Source: Macrostomum hystrix
Lineage: Eukaryota > Animalia > Platyhelminthes
Length of the DNA: 64,000 nucleotides
Assembly: GCA_950097015.1 (NCBI GenBank)
Contig: CATNEN010000039.1
Location: 1,922,001-1,986,000 of the forward strand
Direction of reading: 5' to 3'
This document shows positions 12,801 through 23,800 of the stretch, in pieces. Position 1 is the first letter of the stretch, and each line of letters begins with the position of its first letter. The translations under genes were made by a program, and so were the position numbers. The notes beneath the pieces are model-generated. The model searched no databases, had not been told where the DNA came from, and saw nothing but the letters and a program-made list of their open reading frames with translations.

Positions 12801-15800
12801 TGGCGAGTGTCATGGATCTGAGGAATGGATTGGCGAGTGTCATGGGACTGAGGAATGGATTAGCGAGTGTTATGGGACTGAGGAATGGATTGGCGAGTGT
12901 CATGGGACTGAGGAATGGATTGGCGAGTGTCATGGAGCTGAGGAATGGATTGGCGAGTGTTATGGGACTGAGGAATGGATTGGCGAGTGTTATGGATCTG
13001 AGGAATGGATTGGCGAGTGTTATGGATCTGAGGAATGGATTGGCGAGTGTTATGGAGCTGAGGAATGGATTGGCGAGTGTTATGGATCTGAGGAATGGAT
13101 TGGCGAGTGTTATGGAGCTGAGGAATGGATTGGCGAGTGTTATGGGACTGAGGAATGGATTGGCGAGTGTCATGGAGCTGAGGAATGGATTGGCGAGTGT
13201 TATGGAGCTGAGGAATGGATTGGCGAGTGTCATGGATCTGAGGAATGGATTGGCGAGTGTCATGGATCTGAGGAATGGATTGGCGAGTGTTATGGAGCTG
13301 AGGAATGGATTGGCGAGTGTTATGGAGCTGAGGAATGGATTGGCGAGTGTTATGGAGCTGAGGAATGGATTGGCGAGTGTTATGGAGCTGAGGAATGGAT
13401 TGGCGAGTGTCATGGATCTGAGGAATGGATTGGCGAGTGTCATGGATCTGAGGAATGGATTGGCGAGTGTTATGGAGCTGAGGAATAGATTGGCGAGTGT
13501 TATGGAGCTGAGGAATGGATTGGCGAGTGTTATGGAGCTGAGGAATGGATTGGCGAGTGTCAGGGAGCTGAGGAATGGATTGGCGAGTGTCATGGAGCTG
13601 AGGAATGGATTGGCGAGTGTTATGGAGCTGAGGAATGGATTGGCGAGTGTTATGGAGCTGAGGAATGGATTGGCGAGTGTTATGGGACTGAGGAATGGAT
13701 TGGCGAGTGTTATGGAGCTGAGGAATGGATTGGCGAGTGTTATGGAGCTGAGGAATGGATTGACGAGTGTTATGGAGCTGAGGAATGGATTGGCGAGTGT
13801 TATGGAGCTGAGGAATGGATTGGCGAGTGTTATGGAGCTGAGGAATGGATTGGCGAGTGTCATGGATCTGAGGAATGGATTGGCGAGTGTCATGGGACTG
13901 AGGAATGGATTAGCGAGTGTTATGGGACTGAGGAATGGATTGGCGAGTGTCATGGGACTGAGGAATGGATTGGCGAGTGTCATGGAGCTGAGGAATGGAT
14001 TGGCGAGTGTTATGGGACTGAGGAATGGATTGGCGAGTGTCATGGATCTGAGGAATGGATTGGCGAGTGTCATGGATCTGAGGAATGGATTGGCGAGTGT
14101 CATGGAGCTGAGGAATGGATTGGCGAGTGTTATGGGACTGAGGAATGGATTGGCGAGTGTTATGGGACTGAGGAATGGATTGGCGAGTGTCATGGAGCTG
14201 AGGAATGGATTGGCGAGTGTTATGGGACTGAGGAATGGATTGGCGAGTGTTATGGAGCTGAGGAATGGATTGGCGAGTGTCATGGAGCTGAGGAATGGAT
14301 TGGCGAGTGTTATGGAGCTGAGGAATGGATTGGCGAGTGTCATGGAGCTGAGGAATGGATTGGCGAGTGTTATGGAGCTGAGGAATGGATTGGCGAGTGT
14401 CATGGAGCTGAGGAATGGATTGGCGAGTGTTATGGAGCTGAGGAATGGATTGGCGAGTGTCATGGAGCTGAGGAATGGATTGGCGAGTGTTATGGGACTG
14501 AGGAATGGATTGGCGAGTGTCATGGAGCTGAGGAATGGATTGGCGAGTGCCATGGAGCTGAGGAATGGATTGGCGAGTGTTATGGGACTGAGGAATGGAT
14601 TGGCGAGTGTTATGGAGCTGAGGAATGGATTGGCGAGTGTTATGATTCTGAGGAATGGATTGGCGAGTGTTATGGATCTGAGGAATGGATTGGCGAGTGT
14701 TATGGAGCTGAGGAATGGATTGGCGAGTGTTATGGAGCTGAGCGAAAGCGCTTGACAACAGGTATTCAGGCAAAAGAAAAAAGTGTAGAAAAAACGACAG
14801 ACTGTTACAACATAAAAGGAGAAGGTTTGCACGGCAGGGATGCACTTCTAAAAATGCTAGAATCGCAAATAGTTTTGCAATGGTCTTACGTTGAAGCTGC
14901 TGCTGAACTGCAAATTGAAATGTTTTGAAGCAAAAATTATCATTTAGAAACTTAGGATTTTTTGTTTACATTTTAACACGAGTTTAATTATTTAGAAGTT
15001 AGAAGTATTTAAATTGCATCTAAACCGAATATTCTATTATCCGTCAATAGGAATAGTTACATAAACCATTGACCAGGACAATAACCAGATCGGGATCAGA
15101 TAACTGACAGACAGGACAATGACCAGATCACTGACAGATAGGACAATCACCAGATCACTGACAGACAGGACAATGACCAGATCACTGTCAGACAGGACAA
15201 TGACCAGATAACTGACAGACAGGACAATGACCAGTTCACTGACAGACAGGACAATGACCAGATCACTGTCAGACAGGACAATGACAAGATCACTGACAGA
15301 TAGGACAATCACCAGATCACTGACAGACAGGACAATGACCAGATCACTGACAGACAGGACAATGACAAGATCACTGACAGACAGGACAATCACCAGATCA
15401 CTGACAGACAGGACAATGACCAGATCACTGACAGACAGGACAATCACCAGATCACTGACAGACAGGACAATCACCAGATCACTGACAGACAGGACAATGA
15501 CAAGATCACTGACAGACAGGACAATGACCAGATCACTGACAGACAGGAAAATGACCAGAGGAATCAACTCGAGCAGTTGACAACGCGGGCTGCTCACCCA
15601 ATGCTCGGAGATGATGGCGCTGCAGTGAGCCTTGAGCGTGGCGGCCTTGAGTTCATCAGCCAGCATGTACAGCCGAATACAGTTGGCCACGCACGCCACG
15701 GGGACTAATGCTCGCTCGCAGGCCTCCATAAGGCCGGGCAAGCCGAACCTGGAGGCCGCGCCCAGCAGCGCCAAGCAGAACTCTTCGTCCTTGCCAGCCA

Positions 15801-17063
15801 GGTCCGCCAGGTCTGTGTAGGCCCAGGAGATCAGCGTGTGGGAAACGTCGACTGGCAGGTCGGAGAGGTCGATGCCAACTGCTGAGTCCAGACCGTCGGC
15901 TGTGCCCCATTTTGATTGCCTGGCCTGCAGCACAAACCGGTGACCCGGCACTGTGCTGTCATCTGACAACTGGAACACAATGTCACTGTATGGAGGAAGT
16001 AGCACTGTGTTAGAGGTCTTGGATTAGCAGATTGGATAGATTACTAAAGAAGGTTTAACTCGTTTTTAAAGTTTGAATATGAGCCAGTAGCTATGTACCT
16101 GTACTTTGACTTGAAGCACATCTTGCCCACAACTGAAAGCAGATTTGAGACAAAAGTGTTGCCAGAGGTGGAGCCACTGCCATTACCCACATTCAGAGCA
16201 CTTTCAGCTAAGAGTGAATCATATTGCTGCTTCAGCTTGTTGTGCTTTTGTTGAAGACTTAGAAATTCTTCACGCAGGAGCTTTAGATGAGTTTGTAGCT
16301 TCTTGTTCTCTAAAATAGTGAATACCAAGCAAACATATCATATTTTGTAACTAAACAACCCAACATAACAAAAGAAAAAGTAAAAAATATTTAAATGACT
16401 CACCAACATTGAAGCAATGCTATTACACAAACTACATTCACTAGTTAATTTATACAAAATATTTGAATAAGTTAAAAAGCTATATTTATAAAAAGTTCTA
16501 AACCAAATTACTGGATTTTCACTTGACACATGATTAGGTATTGGCTTAAAAAATCAAAAGTAGGCTTGGCATAAAATTTTTCTATCTAAGTAGCTAATTA
16601 GCTAGCTATCTAGTGATAGGCTAAAACATTATATTAGCCATTGGTCTTCTATTTGTATTTCAAGCTAACTGCTTTAGCTAGTTTTATAAAAGACTAGCTA
16701 AATTGACATGAAGTTTACTATCTAAAGTCACACTTTCTGTAAACAAATTATTAAAGTATATACAATAATACAAATGTGTAGGTTTTGTGGGTGGGCTAAT
16801 GGGCTAATTGCTAGTTGGCTAATTTTTATAACAAAGATTTATATAGGCTGTAAATTATTGATTTTTGGAACTGCTATTAGCAAAAGAATATTGGTTAAAC
16901 TGTAGACATAAATATTAAATGGAAGGATAGCGATTCTATGAGTATATAGGCATTGACAAAATTTCAATAATGTAATTTTTTCAGTTTGATTTGCCTAGTC
17001 GCACAAACACAAAAACATCTTACCATTCAAGTTAATCGATGACAGGCTTTGACTGTTCTCCAT
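883..17063 (-). CDS. ANKFY1: Rabankyrin-5 / ankyrin repeat and FYVE domain protein 1 (multi-exon; 3' end with the FYVE domain runs off the left edge)
   Basis: Twelve phase-consistent GT-AG exons: 17024-17063 (ATG, MENSQSLSSINLN), 16099-16309 (coiled coil KKLQTHLKLLREEFLSLQQK), 15598-15985 (BTB, SDIVFQL..VPGHRFVLQARQSKW), 7410-7559 (EDFSAMPAPLLLDMLESKLEYPLHAAIKSKRDDVVFLYL), 6577-6742, 6066-6492, 5352-5616, 5053-5279, 3936-4293, 3601-3861, 3005-3257 (GRNFLHKAVLKADLDSVLFLISINADVNSRV), 883-1301 (..GASLGAINKYGKTVFNHQ). Coiled coil + BTB + long ankyrin array, with motifs typical of Rabankyrin-5. Confidence 0.93.
1458..2996. repeat. 30-bp intronic minisatellite (TCTAACCCGAATCCCGGTCTGTAGGCTGTT)n
   Basis: About 51 units; variant blocks recur at 300- and 420-bp spacing. 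Confidence 0.95.
4490..5003. repeat. 45-bp intronic minisatellite
   Basis: ATGTACACTCGATGGCTCATACTAGCCTATCGATCCATTGCTAGA, about 11 units. Confidence 0.95.
6770..7380. repeat. 48-bp intronic minisatellite
   Basis: GTACATTAGAGGACAGGAAGAGGTTATATGGTTCTCTTTGATTGGTGT, about 12 units. Confidence 0.93.
7694..8720. repeat. 50-bp intronic minisatellite
   Basis: GGTGTGGCCTGGGTTAGAAGGACTTGGCCTTGGGCATGAGTGTACATTAG, about 20 units. Confidence 0.95.
9095..14742. repeat. 30-bp minisatellite, about 188 units, with higher-order structure
   Basis: TATGGAGCTGAGGAATGGATTGGCGAGTGT tandem array of 5.6 kb inside ANKFY1 intron 7560-15597. Confidence 0.97.
15095..15558. repeat. 27-bp intronic minisatellite
   Basis: CAGATCACTGACAGACAGGACAATGAC, about 17 units. 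Confidence 0.95.
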
Positions 17064-17818
17064 GCCACAAAAATATTTTACACAGCTATTATGCTCTAAA
17101 AAATCACCTAGCAATCCATTGCATTAAAATGTTAACGAGCGAAAAACAAGTAATAATAAATCGCATGAACACCAGTATCAGTGCATCACAGTTCTACAGC
17201 GTTATTAAAAAGTTTTCTTAGAAAGTTTTCGTGCCTTGTCAACAAAGCAATCAAATAAAAGTAAATAAATCTGTTAATCGCTCGCTTGTATTTTACAATT
17301 CAAAGCAGTACTTAACATTTAATAAAAAATTTGGACTAGCCAGAAGAATAAATTCTTACATCGCTTTTTAGGCTTAGTTACACGCGTTTGAAAACTTCAC
17401 TTTTTAAGAAACAAAAATTATTTAGGTCAGAAATTTTGTTTCGTGTGTGCGAAAGCCTTTTCACGAACACAGTTGTCAGATGTATTATATTACTTTTCTT
17501 TAGTTTGCTCATCATTTTCATTAACATATATCTGGTAATTTTATTAACACCCGTTTTGTAGAAGTTCTTGCAAATTTATAGTTTTACTTTTTTTCAAATC
17601 TAATCTGAAGGCACAGCTTGTGAACTGTAGCCTATTTAAAAAGCCAAAATTCGTAAACCTTAAAGTGATGCCACGCATCCTTTTTTATCTTTCTAGTTTA
17701 AATTTCTTTCACTTCCAACGTGAAAGTAATAGATGCTAAATAGGATACCATCATCAGATTTTAGCAAGGTATCTAAAGCTTTTATTGAAGCCTAGCAAAA
17801 AAGTAAAGCAAAGGAAAC
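17064..17818. promoter_or_regulatory. Putative bidirectional promoter between the divergent ANKFY1 and UBR3 start codons
   Basis: The predicted ATGs at 17063 (-) and 17819 (+) are 755 bp apart, in an AT-rich, minisatellite-free stretch. Confidence 0.6.
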
Positions 17819-20800
17819 ATGTCTTCAATGGGACTAATTGATTCTGTAACAATCGACACTTTTTATGGCTTAGCTGAATCACAACCCGATTCAGTATGGA
17901 TCGATGAAGTTCTTGACAAGGTTTTGCCTTTGAGTCTTCTTGAGTGTAGTTCACATTCACAGCAGAGTTTAAGCTCAACACAATGTACACAAAATATACA
18001 AGCAATTTTGTCTGCAAGACACTTGTCATGGGAACACTTTGCCTCGTTAGGTGAGTTTTTATTTTTATATATCGGTAAAAACATGCATTTCGGATTGTAC
18101 ATACTGTGTATGTTTGCTCTTTTTTGCTGTAATGATTAATGGCTATGAGCATTGTAGAAATTAAGATTTTAAGTATTTCTACATTTTAGATAGATGCCAG
18201 GTATCCAAAACTATTATTTTTCATATTTAAACTTAAGTACATTTTCTAGCATAATGCAATTAGTCTTCTAGTTATCATAGAAAACTATTAAAGGAATAGT
18301 TGATGTCACTTCTTACAACTATATGTTTTGAGATTTTAGCTAGGGCCTACTTAAAATAGCAGAAATGGTATATGTATATAGTTGTAACTTATAACTTATC
18401 AAGCTTGAAAATGTGGGCTAACTAAAGTAGTTAAATATAATATAATGTCTACTGTCTCCATTGCCTTGACTTGAAAAATTATATTTGATTGCAATCCTAG
18501 CTAAATAAAACAATTTTAAAACATTTTAGTTCGACAGTACAACAACTCAGTGACCTGCGGCCTGGTATGGACGAAAAACTACTATGCCTACAGGTGCAGA
18601 ACCTGTGCGATATCACAGTGCATGTCCTTGTGTGAAGAATGCTTCAAGGTGCGTTTGGATAGCTTCATATTTAATTTAATTTTTTTTATCAATCTCAATT
18701 CCATTGCTGCCAGGATGTTCTCGATAACTTTTTTAAACTTGAGCCACGTCATATTAATTGGTTTATAATAAGAGTTAAACATGATCCAAGTGTTTATTCC
18801 ACACAAATCAAGGCTGGCAATCACGAAGGTCACGACTACAATCTGTTTCGAAGCAGCTCCGGTGGCGCCTGCGACTGCGGCGATCCTGACGTGATGAAGC
18901 CGATGGGATTCTGCTGCAAGCACGGCGAGCACAATGCCGCCGCGCTGCCTACAGCGCCACCTGAGCTGGTGGCCACAGCCAGAGTGGCTCTGCCCCGCCT
19001 GCTGCTACTGCTGGTGATGCACTTGCGGTGAGACTGCTCTGGGGGTGTCTGATCTTGCCTGTCTGTATTAAAGTGCCCGTCTTAAGCTTGATGTCAGTCC
19101 ATTAGTGCCTGTCCTAAGCTTGCTGTCAGTCCATTAGTGCCTGTCCTAAGCTTGCTGTCAGTCCATTAGTGCCTGTCTTAAGCTTGCTGTCAGTCCATTA
19201 GTGCCTGTCCTAAGCTTGCTGTCAGTCCATTAGTGCCTGTCCTAAGCTTGCTGTCAGTCCATTAGTGCCTGTCTTAAGCTTGCTGTCAGTCCATTAGTGC
19301 CTGTCCTAAGCTTGCTGTCAGTCCATTAGTGCCTGTCCTAAGCTTGTCTGTCTGTCCATTAGATGGAGACATGGACACCTGTCCTAAGCTTGCGTGTCTG
19401 TCCCTTAAAGCCCGTCTTAAGCCTGCGTGTCTGTCCATTATGGCCCGCCTTAAGCTTGCCTGTCTGTCCATTATGGCTCGCCTTAAGCTTGCCTGTCTGT
19501 CCATTATGGCCCGCCTTAAGCTTGCCTGTCTGTCCATTATGGCCCGCCTTAAGCTTGCTGTCAGTCCATTAGTGCCTGTCCTAAGCTTGCCTGTCTGTCC
19601 ATTATGGCCCGCCTTAAGCTTGCCTGTTTGTCCATTATGGCTCGCCTTAAGCTTGCCTGTCTGTCCATTATGGCTCGCCTTAAGCTTGCCTGTCTGTCCA
19701 TTATGGCCCGCCTTAAGCTTGCTGTCAGTCCATTAGTGCCTGTCCTAAGCTTGCTGTCAGTCCATTAGTGCCTGTCCTAAGCTTGCTGTCAGTCCATTAG
19801 TGCCTGTCTTAAGCTTGCTGTCAGTCCATTAGTGCCTGTCTTAAGCTTGCTGTCAGTCCATTAGTGCCTGTCCTAAGCTTGCTGTCAGTCCATTAGTGCC
19901 TGTCTTAAGCTTGCTGTCAGTCCATTAGTGCCTGTCCTAAGCTTGCTGTCAGTCCATTAGTGCCTGTCCTAAGCTTGCTGTCAGTCCATTAGTGCCTGTC
20001 TTAAGCTTGCTGTCAGTCCATTAGTGCCTGTCCTAAGCTTGCTGTCAGTCCATTAGTGCCTGTCTTAAGCTTGCTGTCAGTCCATTAGTGCCTGTCCTAA
20101 GCTTGCTGTCAGTCCATTAGTGCCTGTCTTAAGCTTGCTGTCAGTCCATTAGTGCCTGTCCTAAGCTTGTCTGTCTGTCCATTAGATGGAGACATGGACA
20201 CCTGTCCTAAGCTTGCGTGTCTGTCCCTTAAAGCCCGTCTTAAGCCTGCGTGTCTGTCCATTATGGCTCGCCTTAAGCTTGCCTGTCTGTCCATTATGGC
20301 CCGCCTTAAGCTTGCCTGTTTGTCCATTATGGCTCGCCTTAAGCTTGCCTGTCTGTCCATTATGGCTCGCCTTAAGCTTGCCTGTCTGTCCATTATGGCC
20401 CGCCTTAAGCTTGCCTGTCTGTCCATTATGGCTCGCCTTAAGCTTGCCTGTCTGTCCATTATGGCTCGCCTTAAGCTTGCCTGTTTGTCCATTATGGCTC
20501 GCCTTAAGCTTGCCTGTCTGTCCATTATGGCCCGCCTTAAGCTTGCCTGTCTGTCCATTATGGCTCGCCTTAAGCTTGCCTGTCTGTCCATTAAGGCCCG
20601 CCTTAAGCTTGCCTGTTTGTGTGCTTGACTTCGCAGTGTAGTCACAGTGTGCCAAGTTATTCGGCCACTCATAAATGCATTGATAAAAGTATCCGTCGCA
20701 CCGCTTGACCCGCCCTGGCAGCCGCAACCACACAGTAGCGGAAGACTGCATAGCAACAGCGGAGTGGCTGTTCGCCCTACTCAAAAAGATCACTGACCTG

Positions 20801-23800
20801 GGCGCCAGTATGCTCAACATAGTGTGCTCAGCCCTTACAGACGAACTACTGTATAGCGAAACACTGGCCCCGTCAGCTGGACGCAGGAGAATTTACGCTG
20901 CCAATGACAACAATGCCACGTTTGCCAGCCTGGCAGAGCGATATCAGACTGCTGTCAGCCAGCTGCCCTCCGTGCTGTCCGACGATGGCTCTGCTGAGCG
21001 TGAGTAGCTCCGGCAGTTCTTAATTTATTTAGAATTAAATTCGGTGCTCTCCTACTGAAAGCGGTGGAAAGAAGCTAAAGAAGTGGATAGAATAGAATTT
21101 AATTTTGTATATCCTATCCATTTGGGTTAGCTGTTCCTCTGTCAGTTGGTCAGCTGTTCCTCTGTCAGTTGGTCAGCTGTTCCTCTGTCAGTTGGTCAGC
21201 TGTTCCTCTGTCAGTTGGTCAGCTGTTCCTCTGTCAGTTGGTCAGCTGTTCCTCTGTCAGTTGGTCAGCTGTTCCTCTGTCAGTTGGTCAGCTGTTCCTC
21301 TGTCAGTTGGTCAGCTGTTCCTCTGTCAGTTGGTCAGCTGTTCCTCTGTCAGTTGGTCAGTTCCTCAGTCAGTTGGTCAGCTGTTCCTCTGTCAGTTGGT
21401 CAGTTCCTCAGTCAGTTGGTCAGCTGTTCCTCAGTCAGTTGGTCAGCTGTTCCTCAGTCAGTTGGTCAGTTCCTCAGTCAGTTGGTCAGCTGTTCCTCTG
21501 TCAGTTGGTCAGCTGTTCCTCTGTCAGTTGGTCAGTTCCTCAGTCAGTTGGTCAGCTGTTCCTCTGTAAGTTGGTCAGTTCCTCAGTCAGTTGGTCAGCT
21601 GTTCCTCAGTCAGTTGGTCAGCTGTTCCTCTGTCAGTTGGTCAGTTCCTCAGTCAGTTGGTCAGCTGTTCCTCTGTCAGTCGGTCAGTTCCTCAGTCAGT
21701 TGGTCAGTTCCTCAGTCAGTTGGTCAGCTGTTCCTCAGTCAGTTGGTCAGTTCCTCAGTCAGTAGGTCAGCTTTTCTTCAGTCAGTTGGTCAGTTCCTTA
21801 GTCAATAGGTCAGCTTTTCTTCAGTCAGTTGGTCAGCTGTTCCTCAGTCAGTTGGTCAGCTGTTCCTCAGTCAGTTGGTCAGTTCCTCAGTCAGTTGGTC
21901 AGCTGTTCCTCTGTCAGTCGGTCAGTTCCTCAGTCAGTTGGTCAGTTCCTCAGTCAGTTGGTCAGTTCCTCAGTCAGTAGGTCAGCTTTTCTTCAGTCAG
22001 TTGGTCAGTTCCTTAGTCAGTAGGTCAGCTTTTCTTCAGTCAGTTGGTCAGCTGTTCCTCAGTCAGTTGGTCAGCAGTTCCTTTCAGTTGGTCAGCTGTT
22101 CCTCAGTCAGTAGGTCAGCTTTTCTTCAGTCAGTTGGTCAGCTGTTCCTGTCAGTTGGTCAGCTGTTCCTCAGTCAGTTGGTCTGCTGTTCCTGTCAGTT
22201 GGTCAGCTGTTCCTCAGTCAGTTGGTCAGCAGTTCCTGTCAGTTGGTCAGCTGTTCCTCTGTCAGTTGGTCTGCTGTTCCTGTCAGTTGGTCAGCTGTTC
22301 CTCTGTCAGTTGGTCAGCTGTTCCTCAGTCAGTTCCTCAGCTGTTCCTCAGTCAGTTGGCCCGCCATTTCTCCCGAAAACAGTAGGTGGAGTGGCAATCG
22401 AGGAGCGCCTCTGTCACCGCAGCCTGTTGGACGAGCTGACGTTCTGGATGGTGTACACCAGGTTTCCGCAGCCGCTGATTGGCCTGCTGCTTGCCATGCT
22501 CCCAGTTCGAGCCTACAAGACTCCATTCGCGACAACTTTCACTGTGCACTATTTGAGAACAGTTTTACTGTTGTGCAACAGTGACAAACCCCCAGTCACA
22601 GGCGGTGTGAGCACCTACCAGACCAACTTGTCCTACAGGGTCGTACACATCTCTGTGCAGCTGCTCTCAGCTTCCGGCATCTGCGAGCTCATGTGCGAGA
22701 GGCACGCGCTGCTTGAGCGAGTGCTCATCGGCCTGGACTATGTTCTGGCGGCTAGCAGCTCCAGACCTTCAGAGCCTTATAGGCTGGCGTCGGTGAATCG
22801 TGAGTGCAGAAATAAAACAGAATGATATGCAACACTGTCTTTCAAGGTCGCTGTCAACAGTACTTCAGGGTTACTCTCCACAGTCCTTCAGGTCCTCTCC
22901 CAATTGTCCTTCAGGCCTGCTCCTCATTATCCTTCAGGCCTGCTCCTCATTATCCTTCAGGCCTGCTCCTCATTATCCTTCAGGCCTGCTCCTCATTATC
23001 CTTCAGGCCTGCTCCTCATTATCCTTCAGGCCTGCTCCTCATTATCCATCAGGCCTGCTCCTCATTATCCTTCAGGCCTGATCATCATTATCCTTCAGGC
23101 CCGCTCCTCATTATCCTTCAGGCCTGCTCCTCATTATCCTTCAGGCCTGCTCCTCATTATCCTTCAGGCCTGCTCCTCATTATCCTTCAGGCCTGCTCCT
23201 CATTATCCTTCAGGCCTGCTCCTCATTATCCTTCAGGCCTGCTCCTCATTATCCTTCAGGCTTGCTCCTCATTATCCTTCAGGCCTGCTCCTCATTATCC
23301 TTCAGGCTTGCTCCTCATTATCCTTCAGGCTTGCTCCTCATTATCCTTCAGGCTTGCTCCTCATTATCCTTCAGGCTTGCTCCTCATTATCCTTCAGTCG
23401 TTTGCGTTTTCATTTCCCAGTTCCAGAGTCGCTGGTTGCTGCTCATGTTGAGCACCCAATAATGATGGAGCAGCGATACTGGCCAGTGGTCAGCGATTTA
23501 GTCAATATTCTGGTGCACCGACCGGTTGCTATGCGGTTGCTAAACTCGGAAGGCCTGCTGACGCACTACACCGCAATGCTGGGGCGCCTGCACCTGGCCA
23601 ATGTCAATAACAGGGCGATGGATGCTGCGCTACAATTCGACAACTCTAAGGTCAGTGCCAGGGTAACTTGCTTTTACTGGTTCATCAGCGCTGCTCATGG
23701 GTCCACCCCGGGACTCTTATCAGTGCGAGCTCTGCTTTGTTCAGTAAAGCCGCAGATTTTACATGTTTTGCGGGTTCTTCAATGCTTTTCTGAAATCCTT

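Noticed and set aside
9052-14832. 1926-aa and 1881-aa ORFs on opposite strands
   Set aside because: Translations of a stop-free 30-bp minisatellite inside an ANKFY1 intron; the flanking exons join in phase without them.
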